From Octopus vulgaris (lineage: Eukaryota), in assembly GCA_951406725.2 (NCBI GenBank), contig OX597843.1, positions 19,406,001-19,470,000 on the forward strand: a DNA stretch of 64,000 nucleotides, written 5' to 3'. The translations under genes and the position numbers were made by a program. How positions within the stretch are numbered: the first letter of the stretch is position 1; every line of letters begins with the position of its first letter. The notes under the pieces were generated by a model that did not search any database, was not told where the DNA came from, and saw nothing but the letters and a program-made list of their open reading frames with translations. Below are positions 53,826-64,000 of the stretch, piece after piece.

Positions 53826-54438
53826 CATGAAACTATATAATTTGTATTAACATATTTTATTTTATTTCTTTCCTACCGGTTGCCCTTTTCCGTTTTCTTT
53901 GCCAGTTCCTTCTCCGACTTATTCATTCACTTCATTTTATTATTCTAATACTTACAATATAGTCACGTATTTCTTTCTCCTTCCTCCAACACTTATAATT
54001 TGCATCGATTTCCCAGATATCCTTTCACTGATATTAGATTTTTAAAATATCTGATGTGATCGTTTTCAACTTCCAAATTATTCGTTGTCATCTTTTAAGT
54101 ACTTTCTCTGAATTTATTTTCTTTAACATCTTAGCTTTAAACATATCTTCTTCCCGTTTTCTTCTTCTTCTTCATCCTTCTTCTCTTTCTTCTTCTTCTT
54201 CTCCTCCTCCATCTCCTTCCTCTTCTTCTTCTCCTTCTTCTTCTCCTCCTTCTTCTCCTCCTTCTTCTTCTTCTTCTTCTTCTTCTTCTTCTTCTTCTTC
54301 TTCTTCTTCTTCTTCTTCTTCTTCTTGTTTCTCGCTGTCTGTCTTCTCATCCATTCTCCCATGTTAAAGAAAAGTTTTTCATATACTTTTACAAATGATT
54401 TCTATATTAATATTTATCATATTTGTTTTCTGCTGTAG

Positions 54439-54510
54439 ATCTCTTCACATAAATAATATTTCGCATATTGAGAAAGGTATCTTCCAAGATCTTCCAATTC
54501 TAAAGAAACT
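54439..54510 (+). CDS. LRR protein exon C' (72 bp)
   Basis: SLHINNISHIEKGIFQDLPILKKL; TGTAG and GTAAGT. Confidence 0.9.
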
Positions 54511-54945
54511 GTAAGTTTGCTTACTTTTCTCCATACAACTTCATGAATGTAATATTTCTATAAATTTTATATAATCTGGTTTCTTTTTCACTCCTCGTTA
54601 TTTGCCCTCTTACTCATATTCTGTCCCTATATTTACGTGATATTGTTCTGATTGTGCATGAAGATAAATGCAACTGAGATTTGATTTATGTTGGCATCAA
54701 AACATATTAATAGCTATGTATTATGTATGTTCCTATGTATTTGAATGTCGACGTATATATATTTGAATAAATAATTCGTGTCCATATGTTTTACCGCCTC
54801 TGCTTTTCATTCCCATCTTGAATTTTGTTTTTCTCCTTCTTCTTAACTCTCCGCTATTTCTTCAAATCTTTCTCTTCCTTTCCAGTTTCTTCAGTCACTT
54901 TCGTTTATTTATCTAATACAACCTGCAGAATTTGAAGCGGATCAT

Positions 54946-56150
54946 ATTGGGTTATTCCTGGAATGATGTGTTTTTTTTTATAATTCTTATATTTTTCAAT
55001 ATTAAGATAAACAAAGTTCATTTAAAATATGCACTCTTTCATTTTCTGCAATGCTCCTCCACCTATCTGGTAGAAAAATCAAGGCTCCTCTTCCAAAATG
55101 CATTTCTCCGTGGCGAAATATACTCCTCAAATAATCATATAACCCCGTCTACAGGATTCCTATTATTTCCGTCCAAAAGATTTTGAAGACCGCGGAATAA
55201 ATGATAATCACATGGTGCAGTGCCCGACGAATATGTTGGCTGGGGCATCGTTTCCCATTCAAACTGCTCCAGCCTTTGGAATGTCATCATTGATGTGTGT
55301 GGCCGAACATTATACTGATGGAAGAACGCCTTTCATCTTGAAATCGAAGGCGGGTGATTAAGCCCCTCAAGCTGCTCGCAGTAAATCTTTGTTAATGTTT
55401 GGCTTCTGTCGAAAGAGGTAACAATATTTTGCGCGGCTGAAGTCCTTGGGTGCCGGTATTTTTCCTTACCCACTGTCTTCGGCGCTTCACATTTTTTATA
55501 GAGAACCTATTTCCCGTCACCAGTCACTATTCAGTCCAAACAAGGTTCATGCATGAGACGTAGCAGCAAGGAAGAGGACACATTCGCGCACTGCGCGCGA
55601 TTAGAGTCGAATTATTTGGGAGAAATCTACTGATCCAATTCCTTGACTTTTCCAATGGAATGCAGGTGTCGATGAATGGTTGATTGACCAAATCTATTCT
55701 TCTCTGCTGGTTCCCTAACAGTTACAATGGGATTTTCTTCCAACAAAGTTTGCAGGAGGTCCTCGTCGAGCTCTACAGATCTTCCAGGATGAGGCTCGTT
55801 TTCAAGGCTATAGTTTCCGGCTCGGAATATCTGGAACTACCGTTGACACTGGCTTACCTTTATTGTCCCATCTCCATAGATTGCATCAATATTCTTCGCA
55901 GTTTCCTCTATGTTGTTGAAGTCGTAATGCAAAACATGCCGAATATGCTCCCTTGTCACTTCCGGTATAGCTTTGAAACATAACTGTTAGATCGAGCAGC
56001 ACTCTTCAAAACTCGCACTAAGAATAAGTACAATGTAAAGTTACCACCTGTTTTTATTGCAAATTGATGCAAGTGGTTTATCCCCTCCTTCACCAATTTT
56101 TCTTTCATCCTATTGAAAAACCGCATTATATACGAGACGAGTCAATATAA
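54946..56150 (-). mobile_element. Degraded near-full-length mariner transposon
   Basis: Minus strand retains IVTGDGK*VL (about 55500-55530) and YSSGTAPCDYHLFRGLQNLLDG (about 55170-55235), decayed forms of IVTGDEKW and YSPDLAPxD. Degenerate TATTG... TIRs; about 1.2 kb. Confidence 0.85.
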
Positions 56151-56514
56151 ATATTTACAATAAAGTCACCTATTGGGTTCTCTCTGTAAACATCGCCAGC
56201 TTACAGTACGAATAATTTGCTTCTTTTCCCTCATAAAATTCCACCACAAATATATTTCTAAATATTTCATGTTTTCTTATGTTTCTGATTCTCTCGACTT
56301 TTCTTTTTAAAGTAATCAACTTTCCCGCCATATTTACATGAGTGTGTGTGTGACCGTGTGTGTGTGAACGTGTGTGTGTGAACGTGTGTGTGCGTGAACG
56401 TGTGTGTGTGTGAAAGTGTGTGTGAACGAGTGTGTGTGAACGTGTGTGTGTGTGAACGTGTGTGTGTGAACGTGTGTGTGGGTGTGTTGGTAGAGCTGAA
56501 ACACATTTTGATAT

Positions 56515-58660
56515 CTTCTCTTCTCCTCATCCTCCTTTTTCTGCTTCCTCTTCTCCTCATCCTCCTTTTTCTGCATCCTTCTTCTCCTCATCCTCCTTTT
56601 TCTGCTTCTTCTTCTCCTCATCCTCATTTTTCTTGTTCTTCTTCTCCTTATCCTCCTTTTTCTTCTTCCTCTTCTCCTCATCCTCCTTTTTCTGCTTCTT
56701 CTTCTCCTCATCCTCCTTTTTCTTCTTCTTCTTCTCCTCATTCTCCTTTTTCTGCTTCTTCTTCTCCTCATCCTCCTTTTTCTACTTCCTCTTCTCCTCA
56801 TCCTCATTTTTCTACTTCCTCTTCTCCTCATCCTCCTTTTTCTGCTTCTTCTTCTCCTCATCCTCCTTTTTCTTCTTCTTCTTCTCCTCATCCTCCTTTT
56901 TCTTCTTCTTCTTCTCCTCATCCTCCTTTTTCTGCTTCTTCTTCTCCTCATCCTCCTTTTTCTGCTTCCTCTTCTCCTCATCCTCATTTTTCTTCTTCTT
57001 CTTCTCCTTATCCTCATTTTTCTTCTTCTTCTTCTCCTCATCCTCCTTTTTCTTCTTCTTCTCCTCATCCTCCTTTTTCTGCTTCTTCTTCTCCTCATCC
57101 TCCTTTTTCTACTTCTTCTTCTCCTCATCCTCCTTTTTCTGCTTCTTCTTCTCCTCATCCTCCTTTTTCTTCTTCCTCTTCTCCTCATTCTCCTTTTTCT
57201 GCTTCTTCTTCTCCTCATCCTCCTTTTTCTTCTTCTTCTTCTCCTCATTCTCCTTTTTCTTCTTCTTCTCCTCATTCTCCTTTTTCTGCTTCTTCTTCTC
57301 CTCATCCTCCTTTTTCTACTTCCTCTTCTCCTCATCCTCATTTTTCTTCTTCTTCTCCTTATCCTCATTTTTCTTCTTCTTCTTCTCCTCATCCTCCTTT
57401 TTTCTTCTTCCTCTTCTCCTCATCCTCCTTTTTCTGCTTCTTCTTCTCCTCATCCTCCTTTTTCTTCTTCTTCTTCTCCTCATCCTCCTTTTTCTTCTTC
57501 TTCTTCTCCTCATCCTCCTTTTTCTGCTTCTTCTTCTCCTCATCCTCCTTTTTCTACTTCCTCTTCTCCTCATCCTCATTTTTCTTGTTCTTCTTCTCCT
57601 CATCCTCCTTTTTCTGCTTCCTCTTCTCCTCATCCTCCTTTTTCTGCTTCCTCTTCTCCTCATCCTCCTTTTTCTGCTTCCTCTTCTCCTCATTCTCCTT
57701 TTTCTGCTTCTTCTTCTCCTCATCCTCCTTTTTCTACTTCCTCTTCTCCTCATCCTCCTTTTTCTGCTTCTTCTTCTCCTCATCCTCCTTTTTCTACTTC
57801 CTCTTCTCCTCATCCTCATTTTTTCTTCTTCTTCTTCTCCTCATCCTCCTTTTTCTGCTTCTTCTTCTCCTCATCCTCCTGTTTCTACTTCCTCTTCTCC
57901 TCATCCTCCTTTTTCTTCTTCTTCTTCTCCTCATCCTCCTTTTTCTACTTCCTCTTCTCCTCATCCTCCTTTTTCTGCTTCCTCTTCTCCTCATCCTCCT
58001 TTTTCTGCTTCTTCTTCTCCTCATCCTCCTTTTTCTACTTCCTCTTCTCCTCATCCTCCTTTTTCTGCTTCTTCTTCTCCTCATCCTCCTTTTTCTGCTT
58101 CCTCTTCTCCTCATCCTCCTTTTTCTGCTTCCTCTTCTCCTCATCCTCCTTTTTCTGCTTCTTCTTCTCCTCATCCTCCTTTTTCTGCTTCTTCTTCTCC
58201 TCATCCTCCTTTTTCTGCTTCCTCTTCTCCTCATCCTCCTTTTTCTTCTTCTTCTCCTTATCCTCCTTTTTCTTCTTCTTCTTCTCCTCATCCTCCTTTT
58301 TCTTCTTCTTCTTCTCCTCATCCTCCTTTTTCTTCTTCTTCTCCTTATCCTCCTTTTTCTTCTTCCACTTCTCCTCATCCTCCTTTTTCTGCTTCTTCTT
58401 CTCCTCATCCTCCTTTTTCTGCTTCCACTTCTCCTCATCCTCCTTTTTCTGCTTCTTCTTCTCCTCATCCTCCTTTTTCTGCTTCTTCTTCTCCTCATCC
58501 TCCTTTTTCTGCTTCTTCTTCTCCTCATCCTCCTTTTTCTGCTTCTTCTTCTCCTCATCCTCCTTTTTCTGCTTCCACTTCTCCTCATCCTCCTTTTTCT
58601 GCTTCTTCTTCTCCTCATCCTCCTGTTTCTGCTTCCTCTTCTCCTTATCCTCCTTTTCTT
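56515..58660. repeat. 30-bp pyrimidine minisatellite, about 70 copies
   Basis: Unit CTTCTCCTCATCCTCCTTTTTCTGCTTCTT with 27-bp variants. Confidence 0.97.
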
Positions 58661-59891
58661 GTTCTTTATCCTTTTTTTAGAAGATGACATAAATGTTTAT
58701 TTCTGCTTTGTCCTTTCTACTTTTTCTCCTTCTCCTTCTTCCTCTCCTTTTTCTACTTCCTTTTGTTCTCCCTCTATATTATCATCTTCAAGTTCTTTTA
58801 CTTTTTCTTTACTCCTTGCTCTACTTCTTCTTCGTCTCGTAGTTGTTGCATCTTTCTTCTTCTTCTTCTTCTTCTTATTATTATTATTATTATTATTTCT
58901 TCTTCTTCTTCTCCTTCTTTTTCGTCTTTTTCTACATCTTCTCCTTTTCTTTCTTTCTTCTTCTTCTTCTTCTTCTTTTTCTTCCTCTTCTTCTTCCTTC
59001 TTCTTCTTCTTCTTTTTCTTCTTCTTCTTCCTTCTTCTTCTTCTTATTCTTCTTCTTTTTCTTCTTCTTCTTCCTTCTTCTTCTTCTTCTTCTTCTTCTT
59101 CTTCTTCTTCTTCTTCTTCGTTTACTTTTGTTTCTTTTTCGTTTCTTACTTTGCACCTTCTTCGTCTAAATCTTTTTCTTAATCTTTCATTTCTTCTTCG
59201 TCTGCTTCGACTCCTTCTTATTCTTCCCCTCCTTTTTCTTCTTCTTCACCTTTTGTTGTTGCTGTCTTGTTGTTGTTATTGTTTTTTTATCGTTATTTTT
59301 GTTGTTGTTGTAATTGTCCTTCTCTTTCGTCTTTACCTGTTTTACCCGTTCTTTTTTTTCCTTTCTTCTATTTCTTCTTTTTATCTCTTCCTTATCGTTT
59401 TTTCACCTCCTTATTTGTCATCTTTTCGTTCCTCATCAGTTTATTCTTGTTTTCTTCTTTTTCGTCTTCTTCTTACTTCTTTTTCTTCTTCTGTACTTCT
59501 TTATTTTTGTTGTGTTTGTCGGTGTTGAAGTTGTTGATTTTAATGCTCGTTTTCTTTGTTTACCTTTTACTTACTTTTCATCTTTTTTTACTCTTTTTCT
59601 TCCTATTATTTTTTCTCCTTTCTCTTTTTCATCTTTTCATTGTTTTCTTCTACTTCTTCCTAAACTTATTTTCTACTTCTTCAACATCTTGTTCTTTTTC
59701 TCATACTTCTTTTTCTTCTTTTACTTTTTTCTTTTCTTCTCCCTTTTTTGTCTTCTTTTCTTCGTTATCTTCGTTTTCCTCATAATATTTCTTCCCATAG
59801 TTTGTCTCATTATTTCAAACACACAGTATTCAATAATTTATCACAAATATTTTCAATGACAAAATGTTATCATCGTTCTTTACTTCTACAG

Positions 59892-59963
59892 ATATCTTTA
59901 CCGAAATAATATTTCAAATATTGACCAAGGAAGTTTTCAAAGTCTTCATAGATTACGGATGTT
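59892..59963 (+). CDS. LRR protein exon D' (72 bp)
   Basis: YLYRNNISNIDQGSFQSLHRLRML; TACAG and GTAAGT. Confidence 0.9.
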
Positions 59964-60744
59964 GTAAGTTCCTTTAATTTTTTATTCTATTTTATGAATG
60001 TAAAATTTACATATCTTCACTATGCTCTAGTCTGTCCTGCTTGCTTTCTCTCTCTCTCTCTCTACATCATTCTACTATCCTCTCCTCATAGTACAGGTAA
60101 AACAATAAGTAGAGGTAAAACAGGTAATTAAAGACGAAGGAGAACGACAATTAAAACTACAACAAAATCACGATGAGAAAAACAATCACAACAACAACAG
60201 CGACAACAAATCAGCAACAGCAAAATTCCTGATTGGCACGAAATCATTCTGATTGCACATAAAGACGAGTGCGACTGGGATATTACATGTTTCTTCATCA
60301 AAACTTATAAATGGGAATGTATCTTTACTTGCATTCTCCTTTTTAAACTAATATTTGATCTCTTCAAATTTGCGAGTCAGTGTCTTTCAATGTGTTCATC
60401 TGTGTGGACGTAACTGCACAGTTCTATTGTATGCACAAATGTATGCGTGTTTGACTGTGTCCAGACGTGTGCAAGACTGTATGTTCATGCATGTGTATCT
60501 GACAGCGTGTGTCTGTGTGTGTTTTCCCTACTTCCATTCCATTCTCATACTCCGAATTATTCGTTAGAATATCTTTAAATATTTTTTTGTTTTCATCTTA
60601 TTTATCATCTTTTATTGCTTTCTTCTTTTTCTTCTTTTTCCTCGTTCTCCTTTTCCTCCCCCGCCTTCTACTTCCCCTCCACTTTCTACCTCTAGTACTT
60701 CTTCCTCCTTCTCCTCCTCTCCATTCTCTTCTTCCCCTACTCCA

Positions 60745-60883
60745 CTACTACTACTACTACACCTTCTACTTCTGTATATCACCCTTCCTAATTCTCATCG
60801 TATTATTCTTCCTCCTCCTCCTCTTCTTCTTTCTCTTCTTCCCCTACCCCTCCACTACTACTACAACTACTACTACTACTACA

Positions 60884-60920
<37 letters not shown>

Positions 60921-61067
60921 TACTATTACTACTACAACTACTACACCTTCTACTTCTGTATATCACCCTTCCTAATTCTCATCGTATTATTCTTCCTCCT
61001 CCTCCTCTTCTTCTTTCTCTTCTTCCCCTACCCCTCCACTACTACTACAACTACTACTACTACTACA

Positions 61068-61107
<40 letters not shown>

Positions 61108-61217
61108 TTACTACTACAACTACTACACCTTCTACTTCTGTATATCACCCTTCCTAATTCTCATCGTATTATTCTTCCTCCTCCTCCTCTTCTTCTTTCT
61201 CTTCTTCCCCTACCCCT

Positions 61218-61250
<33 letters not shown>

Positions 61251-61265
61251 ATACTACTACACCTT
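60745..61265. repeat. About 180-bp unit x3 with embedded (CTA)n
   Basis: ACACCTTCTACTTCTGTATATCACCCTTCCTAATTCTCATCG... recurs at about 60759, 60943 and 61125. Confidence 0.9.
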
Positions 61266-61485
61266 CTACTATCTCATCCTTCCTAATTCTCATCGTATTC
61301 TTCTTTCTCCTTTTCTCCGTCGTCACCATTCTTCCTTCCCCTAGTTTAATTCTCCTCACTCAATATTAACATATTATATTCATCTGCTGCATCATTATAC
61401 GATCAGCAATATCATCCAACGATAATTCAAATTACTTATTATCTTCCCATTTTGCTTTTCTTCCAAATTTTGTCTTCTCTAATTC

Positions 61486-61528
<43 letters not shown>

Positions 61529-61559
61529 GTTTCTGTTTAAATCTATTTTAGAGTGTTTG

Positions 61560-64000
61560 ACTATGCGTGTGAAGGTATGTGTGTGAAGGTATGTGTGTGA
61601 AGGTATGCGTGTGAAGGTATGCGTGTGAAGGTATGCGTGTGAAGGTATGCGTGTGAAGGTATGCGTGAGAAGGTATGTGTGTAAAGGTATGTGTGTGAAG
61701 GTATGCGTGTGAAGGTATGCGTGTGAAGGTATGCGTGTGAAGGTATGCGTGTGAAGGTATGTGTGTGAAGGTATGTGTGTGAAGGAATGTGTGTGAAGGT
61801 ATGTGTGTGAAGGTATGCGTGTGAAGGTATGCGTGTGAAGGTATGCGTGTGAAGGTATGCGTGTTTGAGTATGCGTGTGAAGGTATGTGTGTGAAGGTAT
61901 GCGTGTGAAGGTATGCGTGTGAAGGTATGCGTGTTCGAGTATGCGTGTGAAGGTATGTGTGTGAAGGTATGCGTGTGAAGGTATGTGTGTGAAGGTATGT
62001 GTGTGAAGGTATGCGTGTGAAGGTATGTGTGTGAAGGTATGCGTGTGAAGGTATGCGTGTGAAGGTATGCGTGTTTGAGTATGCGTGTGAAGGTATGTGT
62101 GTGAAGGTATGCGTGTGAAGGTATGCGTGTGAAGGTATGCGTGTTTGAGTATGCGTGTGAAGGTATGTGTGTGAAGGTATGCGTGTGAAGGTATGCGTGT
62201 GAAGGTATGTGTGTGAAGGTATGCGTGTTAAGGTATGTGTGTGAAGGTATGTGTGTGAAGGTATGCGTGTGAAGGTATGCGTGTGAAGGTATGTGTGTGA
62301 AGGTATGCGTGTGAAGGTATGCGTGTGAAGGTATGTGTGTGAAGGTATCCGTGTGAAGGTATGTGTGTGAAGGTATGCGTGTGAAGGTATGCGTGTGAAG
62401 GTATGCGTGTTTGAGTATGCGTGTGAAGGTATGCGTGTGAAGGTATGTGTGTGAAGGTATGCGCGTGAAGGTATGCGTGTTTGAGTATGTGTTTGAAGGT
62501 ATGCGTGTGAAGGTATGTGTGTGAAGGTATGCGTGTGAAGGTATGCGTGTGAAGGTATGTGTGTGAAGTTATGCGTGTGAAGGTATGCGTGTTTGAGTAT
62601 GCGTGTGAAGGTATGTGTGTGAAGGTATGCGTGTGAAGGTATGCGTGTTTGAGTATGTGTGTGTGAGGTATGCGTGTGAAGGTATGTGTGTGAAGGTATG
62701 CGTGTGAAGGTATGCGTGTTTGAGGTATGTGTGTGAAGGTATGCGTGTGAAGGTATGCGTGTGAGTATGTGTGTGTGAAGGTATGCGTGTTTGAGGTATG
62801 CGTGTGAAGGTATGTGTGTGAAGGTATGCGTGTGAAGGTATGTGTGTGAAGGTATGCGTGTGAAGGTATGCGTGTGAAGGTATGCGTGTGAAGGTATGCG
62901 TGTGAAGGTATGTGTGTATGTGTGTGTGTGAAGGTATGTGTGTGTGGTATGTGTGTGTGTGTGTGAAGGTATGCGTGTGTGAAGGTGTGAAGGTATGCGT
63001 GTGAAGGTATGCGTGTGAAGGTATGCGTGTGAAGGTATGCGTGTGAAGGTATGCGTGTGAAGGTGTGAAGGTATGTGTGTGAAGGTATGCGTGTGAAGGT
63101 ATGTGTGTGAAGGTATGCGTGTGTGAAGGTATGCGTGTGAGGTATGCGTGTGAAGGTATGTGTGTGAAGGTATGCGTGTGAAGGTATGCGTGTGAAGGTA
63201 TGTGTGTGAAGGTATGCGTGTGAAGGTATGTGTGTGAAGGTATGCGTGTGAAGGTATGCGTGTGTGAAGTATGCGTGTGAAGGTATGCGTGTGAAGGTAT
63301 GTGTGTGAAGGTATGCGTGTTTGAAGTGTGTGTGTGAAGGTATGCGTGTGAAGGTATGCGTGTGAAGGTATGTGTGTGAAGGTATGCGTGTGAAGGTATG
63401 TGTGTGAAGGTATGCGTGTGTGAAGTATGTGTGTGAAGGTATGCGTGTGAAGGTATGCGTGTGAAGGTATGTGTGAAGGTATGCGTGTGAAGGTATGCGT
63501 GTGAAGGTATGCGTGTGAAGGTATGTGTGTGATGGTATGCGCGTGAAGGTATGCGTGTGAAGGTATGTGTGTGAAGGTATGCGTGTGAAGGTATGTGTGT
63601 GAAGGTATGTGTGTGAAGTTATGCGTGTGAAGGTATGCGTGTTTGAGTATGCGTGTGAAGGTATGTGTGTGAAGGTATGCGTGTGAAGGTATGCGTGTGT
63701 GTGTATGTGTGTGAAGGTATGTGTGTGAAGGTATGCGTGTGTGAGGTATGTGTGTGAAGGTATGTGTGTGTGAAGGTATGCGTGTGAAGGTATGCGTGTG
63801 TTTGAAGTATGCGTGTGAAGGTATGCGTGTGAAGGTATGCGTGTGAAGGTATGCGTGTTTGAGTATGCGTGTGAAGGTATGTGTGTGAAGGTATGCGTGT
63901 GAAGGTATGTGTGTGAAGGTATGCGTGTGAAGGTATGTGTGTGAAGGTATGCGTGTGAAGGTATGCGTGTGAAGGTATGCGTGTGAAGGTATGCGTGTGA
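61560..64000. repeat. 14-bp minisatellite GTGAAGGTATG(C/T)GT, about 170 copies or more, running off the window
   Basis: Same unit as 48370-49680. Confidence 0.97.

Noticed and set aside
56267-59528. Protamine-like Arg-rich ORFs (minus) and a 1046-aa ORF (plus)
   Set aside because: Derived from the 30-bp minisatellite inside an intron, with frameshifts at T runs. The paralogous intron has a different repeat.
39311-59963. Assigning a gene symbol (LGR, RXFP, GRL101, Slit, TLR) to the LRR exons
   Set aside because: Only LRR modules are visible; no diagnostic cap, LDLa, 7TM or TIR exon was found in the window.

Overview
Eukaryotic, intron-rich, repeat-dense animal DNA. The SINE and microsatellite landscape suggests an octopus or other coleoid cephalopod, but that is inference only. 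Left of a 100-N gap (32548-32647) are 11 + strand coding exons forming the 3' part of the mitochondrial m-AAA protease gene AFG3L2 (AAA+ and M41 protease domains, stop at 29780). Its introns hold tRNA-derived SINEs, LINE fragments (RTE, CR1-like, and an RLE-type HERO-like element), non-autonomous Helitrons, MITEs and a 5S rRNA pseudogene. Right of the gap are nine 72-bp, phase 2-2 exons, each encoding one extracellular-type 24-aa leucine-rich repeat. They form a duplicated block (A-B-C-D-E / A'-B'-C'-D') among large tandem repeats. Main leads: (1) the frame-interchangeable LRR cassette array; (2) a 357-bp-period retrozyme/Penelope-like unit carrying a minimal hammerhead ribozyme motif, plus three other hammerhead-like remnants; (3) a 138-bp satellite whose single-copy progenitor survives in the paralogous intron; (4) 14-bp arrays of tandem 5' splice-site consensus; (5) a partial AFG3L2 exon duplicate differing only at synonymous sites. 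Exon boundaries were read from GT/AG signals. Repeat boundaries are approximate and no database searches were run.
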